A stretch of 64,000 nucleotides of DNA. Source: Sphaerodactylus townsendi (lineage: Eukaryota). Of the stretch, positions 23,128 through 34,410 are shown piece by piece (positions within the stretch are counted from its first letter, which is position 1; each line of letters begins with the position of its first letter). The notes below the pieces were generated by a model. That model did not search any database and had not been told where the DNA came from. It worked only from the letters and a program-made list of their open reading frames with translations. Location of the stretch: contig NC_059430.1 of NCBI RefSeq assembly GCF_021028975.2, forward strand, positions 57,226,001-57,290,000. Reading direction: 5' to 3'. Both the position numbers and the translations under genes were made by a program.

Positions 23128-26100
23128 TGTAAGAAGTATCTGAGAATGGCAAGAATGTCCAACTTTGGAAAATTCAGTTAAAAAATGAGGTGTCTTGGTT
23201 GATAGCAAATGTATGATCACGAGTACCTTCAATAAACTTGCAGAGAGGGTATATACTTTCCTCTCTTGTTTCTTTCCCTCTTTCTCTTTTTCTAACAATC
23301 TGCCCCCTCTTTTTCCCCTTCCTATACCAGTCATTCTACCCTTCTCTAGCCTTTGCTCTGTCAACCTACTCTTTATTCCCTCCTGTTATCTATTCCTCTC
23401 TTGTGTCAGCCTAGCCCAATCCCTTTTGCCCCCACCTTTTCTCCATCAATCCACCTCACACTTCCTGCTCTCTTCATCTATCCCCATCCTTGGTGTTTTA
23501 CCATCCCCACCTTTGCTGCTCTCCCACCTATCCTACAACAGACAGATGGGGTGGCTTGCTGCCTTGACAAGGGGAAGACAAGAATTCCCACCACCACCCT
23601 CAATTCCTTACTTCACAGCAACTAGGCTGCACAGTCACCAGGTGTAGTGTAGTTCCTGGACTATGCTGCCACTGGGCCTAGAGTGCCTTCTGGGCTTCAC
23701 TGCTGTCTCCAATGACAACCTAAGTTAGGTGCCTTTTCTGTGCTTATGTAGAGAACATTCTTTTAGTCAGAAGGAATTTAAATCCATCATTATTTTAATG
23801 CTAAATGTTTCTGCAAAAATAGAGAGTCCCTCAAGTTTGCCTGGAGTTAATTGATCTGATACATGAAAGCTAACTGGATGCCTAGAGCTTTTAAAGAGGA
23901 TATTTATATGTTCATCGGACCCGTCCAGAGTCATCCAGGATAGGCTTCTTTCATAAGAATGTTTCTGAATGGGTGTTAAGAATACATTCATTAAAATATA
24001 AATACAGTCAATTAAACTTACCTATGTATCTTGGTCAATATGAAATGATGCAGTCTGGAAATTCAACATAAACTTGACATGATTCTACATAGACGTGATT
24101 TCTTGTTTAAAAAAACCCAATAGTAGTAATACATTCTTTCACAAAGCTGTTATCCACCACAACTAATCCAAAACCAGCGTACTAGGCCAGATATATACTT
24201 AGGGGGTTCATGAGTCTTTCCTCCTTACAACTTGATAATTTTTTTCAGTTTTGCATCTGTTTGTGGAAATTGGTCAAATTCAGCAGCATTGCAACTTCTT
24301 TTTATTTCCCCCCCAAACCTGGGACTTACCCTAGATTTGTAGAAAAATCTGTATGGGGTCCCATTCTGTGGATTTTTTTGATGTGCACTCTGGAGCCATG
24401 GTCAATACTGAATATTAATACAGCATTGAATATTAATAAAATAGTATTAATTCTATTATTCTCCGACAGTGCTCAAAGATACATGAATAAAATCTTTGTT
24501 CTAGAATGCAGCAAACAAAAGGGTATAATGACAAGATTTAAGAGAAATTCAAGCCAACAAACTTCTGATTTGAGCATCTCTATTTGTAAGTCTTAGACAT
24601 CAGAGAGATTGGCCAGAAAAATAGAAGATAATGGGATAAAGGTCAGGCAGGCCTCAGGTTGTAAAGTGTAAATTAAATCTGTTGTGGGCACAATTAATTT
24701 ATGCTAGTAGTGTTGGAAGGCAATTTGCTCTGCTGGATAGAAGGCATAAAATTAACTTGCATCACTGCCCCATGTATCAGACTATCTCATTTGACCTTGT
24801 TATTGATGAACTGCAGGGAATGTTTGTGTCAAGTAGGATGTTAATCTATGAACACCATGGGTGGGAGAAATTTAAGGGCAAGGTTGCCTTTGTCTTTTGG
24901 AGGTATGGCTTTTTAGGGAGCAGACATGAAAGCTTTATTTCAGAGTTACGATCTGCAGTAAAGCATTATGCCAAAAATCTGTAAAATATAGTAAAGTTAC
25001 TATTGCATAGTAAAGTTTGTATAAGAAATCAATTTTATAAAGCAATTTTCTATTTTGGATATGTCTGCATTTTCCCTGAAGCTATTTTTTCTAGTTCTAG
25101 GCTGTAGTGAAGCTGACCTCAGTGGAGACAGAGTGTTGACATGTACATTTTGTATAATTGCTAAACATTCTGGATTTTAGATCTCTGTGCCTGTTCCTGG
25201 TTTCTATAATTAAAGGAGACATACTCAGAGGAGAAGGATCAGTCTACCACCCCCAAGGACAGGAAGGAGCGAATCAGAATCTGTAGCAGCAAGCCCCAAG
25301 ACTAATATTCAGGGAAAACTTCTCACAGGGCACAAGCAAAATTGAAGTCCTCTGATTGGAGCTATCCACTTCTGAAACTCCCACACACATCAATATGTTT
25401 GCAAGAACATCGAAGACAATAAATATATGCTTATGTCTTTGCAAGATGATGTAGCATTCACTTAGCAGTTTGGAGCATCCCATCTGTTCCAGGACAGCTC
25501 CCCCCACCCAGGGCTCCTGCGCCCCAGGGGCTGCCTTCACTGCAGTCCTCCAGGAGGGGGAAAGCTGTTCAGCTTTACTAGCCTAGCCTTCCTTCACCCT
25601 GTGGGCGGTCCCAGCCACCTTCACCACAGTTCTTCAGGAGGGGAGAGGCTCTCCTGTTTAGCTTCCTCTGCCTGAATTTCCAACACCCTGTGGGTCATGC
25701 CAGCCACCTCAGCAGCACTCACCTGGTGGGAGGGACACCTGCAGTACCCAGGGATGGAAGTACAGGCTCACCATGGGGGAGGTGTTGTGGTGATGGCAGC
25801 CAGGAACCCAAAAAAGGGCTTGGGAGAGGGAGAGAGGGAAGGTGAATTCATCAATCCTGCCCTGACATCCCACTAAGCCCTAGCCAAGGCAAGCCAACAG
25901 AAGGCCAACAGCTTGTGAATGAAGAAGCCAGTGGCTTCTAAGCTCACTGAGGAAACCAGGACATGAGTGACAGCTGAGGAGATGGGTGGAAAGACATGGG
26001 GGAAAAAGGGAGGCAGGAATGGGGAAGACAGGCAAGGGAAGGACACAAAGAGATACCAGGGGGAAGGGCTTAGGTATAGCTGAGGGGCATGGTTCGGCCA

Positions 26101-26510
26101 GGACCAGGGAGGGGCAGGGCAATCAGGGAGAAGTGGAGCAATTAAAAGGTCTGAGGAGGGAAAGGCTAAGGATGACTATGACTGACCTGAAATGGTGGGG
26201 AGTCTGGCAGTCAGGAAGGTGGAGTTAGATAGCCCATGGCTCATCCTTTTCATCTGAAGTTGACCTGCCAACACAGAACCCAACTCACACCACCCTGGTC
26301 TGGCCTGTGAAATGGGTCCAAGGTTTGAGGGCAGGGATGTATCTACAGAAAATGTAGCCAGATACAAGAACTGAAATTGAGTCCACCCTCCCCATCACTC
26401 TTGAAAATCCAGACACCCTGCACACCAGGGAGGGAAGACAGGGGTTTGCTTCTGGAGTTGTTTATTCTAGGATTAAAAAAGCAAGACATTGTGTTGAATC
26501 AACTGTAAGG

Positions 26511-26579
26511 ATAAGAACATAAGAACATAAGAACAAGCCAGCTGGATCAGACCAAAGTCCATCTAGTCCAGCTCTCTGC
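26511..26579 (-). mobile_element. Very short CR1 3' terminus
   Basis: (aagaacat)n plus aagccagctggatcagaccaaagtccatctagtccagctctctgc, identical to the corresponding 3' end of the copy at ~19.97-20.03 kb. Confidence 0.9.
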
Positions 26580-27009
26580 ATTACGATTAGAGAAGCATCT
26601 TTTGTATGTACATTATATTATAAAGATTTTAAAAAACAATAATTGCCTTGGGACATTAGAAATGTTACGGCAGGACAAGAAGCAGAAAGGAGGGTGAAAG
26701 GGAATCATGCAAAACAGCACAATGAGTGGGGGTGAGACTAGGCTGGCTAGTCATGGGCAGAGGGAAGAGATCCAGGACAAAGCTGTGCCCATTGGCAGCA
26801 AAGCAAATTAAACTCATGCTACTAGTGGAGATAGTGGAAAGTGAAAGCAGAGCTAGAGGAAATATGTCCATACAAGAAATCTTGCCATGATAGACATTCA
26901 CCTCTACCAAATGGCAAACACTTCTTGTGCAAATATGCGGATGTTAAGCTAGAATAAAAACTTGCTGTCCCTGGCCAGGTTAACAAAATCTCAAAAGTTA
27001 ATCAACGTT

Positions 27010-27150
27010 GACACCTGGTTAGTATTTGGATGGGAGATCACTGAAGAAGTTCTCAGTCATTGTGCAAAGGCATGCAATTGCAAATCTTCTAGTCTTTTGC
27101 CTTGAAAACTCTTTGGGGTAGCCTTAGGTTGGCTGCGACTTGACAGCAAT
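27010..27150 (+). mobile_element. 5S rRNA-derived SINE (decayed)
   Basis: cctggttagtatttggatgggagatcac matches the 5S internal promoter region; RTE/Sauria-like tail. Confidence 0.65.
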
Positions 27151-28155
27151 CTACACACAAACACAGAGAGAGTCTTTTAAGATACCACAATGACACACCT
27201 ATTTTTCCTACGCAACTGAACATTAATTAATAGCTTTTAGTATAATGCATAGTGTTTCACAATGGCAGGCTCATCATTTGTGTAGATAAGCCTGGAGATT
27301 CTGGTTATCTTCAACCATGATGTAAAGCAAGGTACCAATATCTCAACACAATAATTATGTTAATGAGCTTTATTTCCCTGGCCTTGGCTTGTCCCACCCC
27401 CAGGCTTCCTCTAACTGCTGCTCCTATCCTAGAAGTTAAAGTAAGAAAAGGTTAAATAAATGAGTGCTTTATTTCCTTTGTTGATATGAGTTTATTCATG
27501 CAACCCTGTTAAGATCTGTGGTAGCCACATTTTGTTGGTCAGCCAGTACTGATTTTCTGCCACACCATCATGAGCTGAACTCAGCACATATTTAGCAGTC
27601 AATCAGAGCTGCTGATCTGGTGAGGCAGGTACTTCTCCACTAGAGGATATACTTTTTCTCAAGGTGTCCTTGTTTTTGATAACCATTATTAAATATTTCT
27701 TGTCTGTAAACTATCACATCTGTCACCACTCAAAAATGTAATAACCTGTACCAATGATACCAGAACTTTCCCAGGCAAAACTGCAAGAAAGCTATTGGCA
27801 ATATCTATAATGATAAGAATTGTAGCAAGCAGATATCATGACAGAACCTGAGTAATGGAACAGATCCACATTGTGTTAAAGAGCTGAGATGGGGACAGTC
27901 ATTTTACTTGTGACATGGCAACTTCTTCATATTTTGAATAACTCTTTTTTCCTGGTACTGCCTTCAGTTCCTTTTCCTGAACCAGGGAGTACCTGAAACA
28001 ACCATGCTTCAAACAGTAAATATAATTCAAAAAATCGGTTTAATTTTCATGCTTTAGCAAAAGATGAATCAGGTTTCACTCAAATAGATTGATGTCAATG
28101 CCATAATCTTCAGAAAACACTGGAATGCTGAAAGAAAACTCTGAATAGTAATGAT

Positions 28156-28360
28156 GGCCGTTTCCGCTTGCTATTCGCATGGCAGCGGCTCCAAGCCGCT
28201 GTTTTCCGAAAACCTCGCTTCCCAAGCGAGGTCGGAAAACGCCGGCTTCGTGCCAGTCGAGCAGAGCGAGGGCAGCGTGGCTGCAAAGCAGCCGCACCCC
28301 CTGTGCGAATGGCTCCCTGGGGACTGTGTTTTTGCCGTCCTCAGGGCGCCATATTCCGAT
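28156..28360. mobile_element. Fragment of the CpG-rich Harbinger-like MITE
   Basis: ggccgtttccgc terminus followed by sequence homologous to 61260-61450. Confidence 0.7.
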
Positions 28361-28455
28361 AAAGCAAAGGTGTGTGTGTTAAGTGTCATCAAGCTGCTTC
28401 CAAATTTTGAAGATCCTATAATTTAATGACCTCCCAAATGTCCTATTGTTAACTA

Positions 28456-28672
28456 CAGAGGCAAAGCTATAAGGGGACGGGGCACTGCACACTAGGCGCA
28501 TGCCTGGGGGGTGGAAAATTGCCCCCTTCCCCCTGCGATGCTGAACTAAAGTAAGTGGGGGTGCAGGGGGGCAGAAGTGTCACGGGGGTGTTGCAGGGGA
28601 GCATGGGGGGCCCGTGGGGGGTGGAAAACACAGAGTTCACCCCGGGTGCAGTTTGGCCCAGCTACGTCTCTA
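28456..28672. mobile_element. hAT MITE
   Basis: TIRs CAGAGGCAAAGCT...AGCTACGTCTCTA; imperfect 8-bp TSD gttaacta/gttaacag. Left end is homologous to the element starting at 57432. Confidence 0.75.
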
Positions 28673-28832
28673 GTTAACAGCCGTTCTCAGGTCTTGTAAA
28701 CTGAGACTAGTGGCCTTCTTTTTTTAGAATTTTTCTGCATTCTCACTTTAAGTGGCTTTTGTGTTATTGCTGCAGATGGTGAGACCTTTCTCCGCTCAAA
28801 TAAAGACACAACAACGACAGGCTGGAAAAGGA

Positions 28833-29049
28833 NNNNNNNNNNNNNNNNNNNNNNNNNNNNNNNNNNNNNNNNNNNNNNNNNNNNNNNNNNNNNNNNNNNN
28901 NNNNNNNNNNNNNNNNNNNNNNNNNNNNNNNNNNNNNNNNNNNNNNNNNNNNNNNNNNNNNNNNNNNNNNNNNNNNNNNNNNNNNNNNNNNNNNNNNNNN
29001 NNNNNNNNNNNNNNNNNNNNNNNNNNNNNNNNNNNNNNNNNNNNNNNNN
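28833..29049. other. Assembly gap
   Basis: Run of N. Confidence 1.
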
Positions 29050-29529
29050 CGAAACTATATATACAAGGAAGCTGGTGACAAAGCGGGTTGCAGCACATCC
29101 GTCCCAATCTCCATTGGGAACTGTTGGGGAAGCGGGAAGGCCCCAGGAGATATCACTCCGACTGCACCCTTCGCCATGCTTTCGCTGAGGCGGGCACCCG
29201 GCTAAGCCTGCGTGGCAGCCTGGCCAGCCAGCGCCTCCTCTCCCGTGCTTGCTGGGGTAGTCTCCGGGGCCGGCCCCAAGCCCATGACCGCCCTGCTCCT
29301 GAGGCCCGACCCGCCCCCACTCCCTGGGGTGTTGGGCAGACCCGACCTGCCAGCCTGGCCAGCCTGCTGCAGCCTTCCACCCCTGCCCCTTCCACAGGGC
29401 TGGGGCTGGGAGAACCTGCCGGAAGGCTCGTTTTTCTCCCCAGATGTGCGACTCCCGTTGCCAAAACCTGCCACGAGCTGTCCCTCTTGCAGCTCCCGCC
29501 CAAGCCTCTCAAGCCTGAGCCTGTCTGGT

Positions 29530-30100
29530 CCTCACCAACCGGAGGAGGGCATATCGAACGGACTGCAGCCAGAGGTCCAATCCCCATTTTGACAGGTGGA
29601 CACCGTATAGTTCCTTGATGTCCCGTGAAATTTCTGGGTGGTCCGCTACCGCTCCCCCAAGGGTAGAGCACCACCTTGGCGGCCGCCTTGTTTACCTTCC
29701 GGCGAGCCCTGTCCACACCCATGGGGTCAACCGCCCCCTTCCACAGTACCCGCTGTAGAAGGTCGGACCACACCAGGACCATGCCCGATCGGTGCTTTGC
29801 CAAGCTCCTCAGAATAGTGATCACAGCCCACCTCAGTTTGAGGCCCGACCTGGCCGGGAGATCCTCCTCCCCCAGGTGGATAACTAAGATGTCTGGGGTG
29901 GCCAGCTGAAAAATGTATTCGATCAATTTGCACTCCAGCTCGTCCCACTTCATGTCACCCTGGCCCAACTAGGTAATTCTCACGTGTGCTGCAAGTCCAA
30001 GGTGTCGGCCCCATTCAGATGAGCAGGCGTAGTCTCCCGCTTGATTGACGATACTATGCCCCACGACCCACACCTGTCGGACAACAGTCTGTGGCGTCCT
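29530..30100 (-). pseudogene. SGNH/GDSL-like hydrolase ORF of the Ngaro element (disrupted)
   Basis: Block I VWVVGHSIV; in-frame TAG at 29969-71; block II GQGDMKW; block III DILVIHLGEEDL; VWSDLLQR..W; after a frameshift YGVHLSKWGLDLWL (block V, Asp lost). Confidence 0.82.
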
Positions 30101-30120
30101 TGGAAGCACTGTGAAGCAAA

Positions 30121-31038
30121 TCAACAGGATAAGTGAGGGCGGATGTAGGCCCGAAAGGCGTCCGAATGCCACCTGCCCAAGGTGCGGATCTCGTCGTGGG
30201 CCCTGCCCTCCTGTGCCGCAGTTGTGGCAGCCCCTATCCTGAAGGAGTGCAGGCCGAACTCAGTGGCTGGTAACCCAGCCCGGGCCAGGCAAGCCCTCAA
30301 CACTGCCAGCATCTGGAACCTGGTGAGGGGGGAACCATCCTCATGCACCAGCAGCATCCCGCCTTGCCGCAGCCTGTGGCGGAGCCAAGTGGTTAGTGAG
30401 GCAAGGGGGCAGGTCACATCGCCCGGCAAGACCAGCATCGTGACCCAGGCACCGTGGCCCTCCTGATCGGTTTTGGAATGGGCAAGCCATGCATAGACCC
30501 TATCCCCGGACAGGACCAGGTGCTGTCTCTGTAGCACCGTACTCGATAGCCGCTCCCTGGTGGGGGCCACCAGCTCCCCCGGCCTGAAGGCCCCATGATG
30601 CACCAGGTGGAAAGCGGCTGCAAAGAGCAAGCGCTCGTAACGTGAAGCGCACACCTGACGCACCTCCCCCGTGACTGCCTGTAGCACCTCCCTAGTGATG
30701 GGGTGCCTTAAGTCCCTCTGACTGGGTCCCGCCTGCCGCCAGCCTGCCACGAGCCGGCGGACCACAAATGACTTTGTCACGTCCGGGAAGCCAGAGAGCC
30801 TGCAATAGAATGCAATCCCCGCTAGCTGGACCCCCATGGACAGTGGGTGCATCCCTCGACCATGGAGGTGGACTAGGTATTTGAGTAGGAGTCCCCTGTC
30901 CACCCCGCTGCAGACCGTGCGCCCTGCCAATGCTGCATAACTCTGGAAGTCGCACACGGCTCTGTCGTATTGTCTACACTTGGCCGGTGCCAACGAATTC
31001 AAAACACCTGTGATGACGGTTCGCTGCCAAGGTTCCAT
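30121..31038 (-). CDS. Tyrosine recombinase (305 aa, open)
   Basis: Catalytic set AFRPGEL (R), HSKTDQ (K), HSFRIGAAT (HxxR), GRW and FRAYIR (Y). Overlaps the end of the RT/RNase H ORF by 40 nt. Confidence 0.95.
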   Translation of the reverse strand: MEPWQRTVITGVLNSLAPAKCRQYDRAVCDFQSYAALAGRTVCSGVDRGLLLKYLVHLHGRGMHPLSMGVQLAGIAFYCRLSGFPDVTKSFVVRRLVAGWRQAGPSQRDLRHPITREVLQAVTGEVRQVCASRYERLLFAAAFHLVHHGAFRPGELVAPTRERLSSTVLQRQHLVLSGDRVYAWLAHSKTDQEGHGAWVTMLVLPGDVTCPLASLTTWLRHRLRQGGMLLVHEDGSPLTRFQMLAVLRACLARAGLPATEFGLHSFRIGAATTAAQEGRAHDEIRTLGRWHSDAFRAYIRPHLSC

Positions 31039-32620
31039 AAGGCCGCCGGCACTGTCGCCGGGAACAGCTCTGCCCCGGGGGCCAGGCGCCTGAAGCGATC
31101 CACCTGCTGGCGAGATACAGCGTCAGCGATTTCATTCTGCAAACCTGGAACAAAGGCAGCTTTAAAGGAGATGTTATAAGTCAAGCAGGTAAGGACAAGA
31201 TTGCGAACCAGCCGCATAACCCGTGCAGATTTGCTAGACTGCCTGTTCACCACACGTACAACCGCCTGGTTATCGCACCAGAAGAGTACCCTCTTGTTCC
31301 ACCAGCAGTCGTGCCAGATGTGCACTGCCACCAAGATGGGAAACAGCTCAAGAAAAGTGAGGTCCCTAGTAATCCCCAGTGCGTGCCAAGCCGTGGGCCA
31401 GAGGCCCCGAGCCCAATGCCCTTGAAAGTATACACCGAAGCCATGGGCCCCTGAGGCGTCAGAATGCACCTGTAGCTCAAGGCCGGGATCCAGAGATGTC
31501 TGCCACAAAGAGATGCCATTAAAGCCATAGAGAAAGGATCGCCAAACCTTCAGGTCCTCTTTCAGTCCCCTTGTGACTCTAACGTAGTGGTTGGGGGACC
31601 TGCAGCCAGACAGTGACCTTGCCAAGCGGGAGCAGAAGGCCCTGCCTGGTGCCACCACCCTGCAGGCGAAATTAAGGTGACCCAGTAAGGATTGCACCAG
31701 CCGCACTCTGCACTTCCATAGGGGCATGATCGACTGGATTAGGTTGGCTAGGGCGAGCAGCTTGTCCCTGGGGAGTGAGGACGTGCCATGGACCATGTCC
31801 AGCTGTATGCCCAAGTAGCTGAGGGCGGGAGTGGGGCCCTCCGTCTTGTTGGGTGCCAAGGGGACCCCTATTTCGGCTGCCAATGCTTGAAAGGCACTCA
31901 GGGCGACCTCGCACTCTCTGGTGCCCTGCCTGCCAATGAACAGGAAATCATCCAAGTAGTGTGTGACCAACCCAGAGGGGACCCTTTGCCTGAAGGCCCA
32001 CTCCAAAAAAGTGCTGAAGGCCTCGAAGGTGGCACAGGCTATGGAGCATCCCATGGGCATTGCCTTGTCCACATACCAGCACCCTTGGAAGTGGATGCCC
32101 AGCAGCTCAAAGTCTAGGGGAGAAATGGGCAGGAGCTGGAAGGCGGACTGGATGTCGCATTTCGCTAGCAATGCGCCTGGGCGAGCACGGCCGAACTGGC
32201 CTGCGTCCAGGGGTGGCATACCGCGTGGAGCAGCTACCTCGGGTCTATGAAATCGTTAAGCTATGAGTAGCCCGGGGATGGGAGAGATGTTGTATCAGGC
32301 GAAATTCCCCCGGGGCCTTTTTTGGCACTACCCCAATGGGGGAGACCCTCAGGTTGGCTAGGGGAGGCTGGCTATAAGGACCTGCGATCCGGCCAGCCCT
32401 CACTTCCTTATCCAGCTTATTGGCTACCACATCGAGGTGCTCCAAGACAGATTTCAGGTTGTTCGCATGGTAGGCCTTCCTGCACCCTCGGTAAAGGATT
32501 CTGAAACCCGATGTAAAGCCATCCCCCAAAAGGCGTGCTGCGCACCTGTCAGGATATAGCCGCAGCCACCCCTGCAACACCCCCAGCTGGACAGGCGTGG
32601 GGGCCAGGGACTGCAGCAAG
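30999..32620 (-). pseudogene. Reverse transcriptase + RNase H (frameshifted near 32200-32280)
   Basis: SPIGVVPKKAPGEFRLIQHLS, LLAKCDIQSAF, MPMGCS and HYLDDFL. RNase H motifs HSDASG, LELFPI, WCDNQAVV and NEIADAVSR. Confidence 0.95.
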
Positions 32621-32729
32621 GCTGGAATTTCAAAGTTTCTGGGGGGCGGTACCACTGCCCTGGCTGCTGGCTTCCTTCTGAGAGGGCCCGGCGCCAGGGA
32701 AGGCAGACCTGCAGGGAGGCTGACCAGCC

Positions 32730-34108
32730 CGATTGTGCAGCCCACCCTGCTGTGATTTCCAGAACAATTGGAGCAAGCGTGCTCGTACTTGCATTTGAGT
32801 CGCTGGCAAGAGTCCCTATTGAACTCCCAGCAAGTCCCCTTCGCCACCCCCCGTCCTTGGTAGCCCCTAGGGAGGCCTGTCGGTGGAAGGGGAGTCCTGG
32901 ACCCCTTTCATGGCCGGCTGGACCACGACCATCCAGGTTTGATCGTGGATGAGGTCCCAGCGGAAGCGGCTCTTATGAGAAGTGTTCTTACGGATAGCCT
33001 CGTCATAGGCTATAGCCGTGAGTTCCCCGGCCAGAGATCAGGCCCGCAGCACATGCGCCATATGGGCCGTCAGGTGCCAGGCCCGTAGGGGGTATGCGGC
33101 CGCTATTAAGGCCAGGTACTCAGTAAAGCCCTGCAACCAGTTACTAAAAGTGCACTTAGCCGCTAACGGGTCCTTCCTCTTCTTGTCAGCTTTGCCCCCG
33201 GACAATCCGTGCTCACCCTCCCGCCGCAGGCATTTGAAAACGTCTACGTAATACCCGTCTAGGGCCCATTCCCGAAGTTTTCTGGGAAGGTGTGACCAGG
33301 GAGGGTTCCCATTGTCATCGGGGGACGAGCCGGTAGATGGCGCCTCCAACCCCCGAAGGCGCCTGCGCTTAGCTAGCCAGGGGGGGAGAGCGGGCACCTT
33401 TTCCCCTTGGTACCAAAACTCCCCGCTAGCCTGCATTTCGTCGTCCTCGGTCGACTCACCCGATGAAGAAGAGCTGGGCGACCGTCTGGAGGACTGGGAG
33501 TGCCACGACGACCGCTTCTTCCGTCAGCCCTCTCGCTCCGAGGGCCCCACGGACACGTCAACCGACGTGGAAGCGCTCACGGGAGGGGACAACTGGAGTT
33601 CCTGTGCCAGCTGTTCCGACAGGCCCACTCCCGCCGCGCCAGCGGCCACTGGCGTGGATGGCTCCGGGTCCCCTGATCCGCCAGGGGTCCCGAGGCTCCC
33701 GGACGACCCACCGAGGGCTTGGGAGAGGTGGAGCAGCGTGTCCGCCAAATTCCACACCAGGCTGGAGTCGGGCGCTGGATCCCCGGCAGACACGGAGGCT
33801 GCGGAGACAGTGCTAGGGCCCTGCGGTTGTTCGGCCATCGGAGCTGCTTCCCCTGGTAAGGAGGGCTGCCCCACCACATGCGCCGCCCTGCCCCTACCTA
33901 TTGGGGATAAGCCCAGGGCCACGGCCGTAGCCATTCGCGCGGCCGCGCCGATGCGTCCAACCACAGGACCCTCCCCCATGGCATCAGGCCTCGTCTGGGC
34001 TCGAACCCTGTTAAGAAGGGCCCTCACCCTGCCCGAAGGTGCCTGCTCTTCCCGGGAGGGCTCCTTACTTTTTGCACGCTTTGGAGGCATTGTGCCCCAA
34101 GGCTCCAT
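32730..34108 (-). pseudogene. Gag-like ORF1 with C-terminal CCCH+CCHC zinc finger
   Basis: ORFs 33524-34108 and 33038-33436 are in one frame, each ended by TGA. The frame continues AIAYDEAIRK...RWD..DQTW. After a frameshift it reads CWEFNRDSCQRLKCKYEHACSNCSGNHSRVGC. Confidence 0.85.
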
Positions 34109-34359
34109 CCCAGTCTGCGGCCGAGAGGTTGGGAAGAGGAAGGGAGGGATAGAGGAGAATTAGGTTAGGAAAAGCGAGGCTTGGAGAGAAAATTAGACTG
34201 AGCAAGAAAAGGGGGTTGAGCAAGAAAGCAGAAAGGTAGATCAGGTAGGAGCTAGAGACGGCCGTGACTGGGCTCCTTCCAGGCCTTACGCTCGACTCAG
34301 TCCGCACACCACGCCTTTCTGAGTCTCGCCGCCGGGAAGGGCGAGATCTGGGTGAGGCG

Positions 34360-34410
34360 CTCCTTATATATCTCGGCTCCTCCCGCCTTTACCGGCCGGG
34401 AGCCAATCAA
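34360..34410 (-). promoter_or_regulatory. Pol II promoter of the Ngaro element (CCAAT, GC box, TATA)
   Basis: Minus strand gATTGGctcccggccggtaaaGGCGGGAGGagccgagaTATATAAgg, ~260 nt upstream of the gag ATG. Confidence 0.7.

Noticed and set aside
27010-27045. 5S rRNA gene (also 40965-41035), and tRNA genes at 53690 and 55010
   Set aside because: Partial, diverged and fused to SINE bodies.
33312-34163. 283-aa plus-strand ORF, and 29088-29618
   Set aside because: Antisense shadows of the GC-rich Ngaro sequence; low complexity with no motifs.
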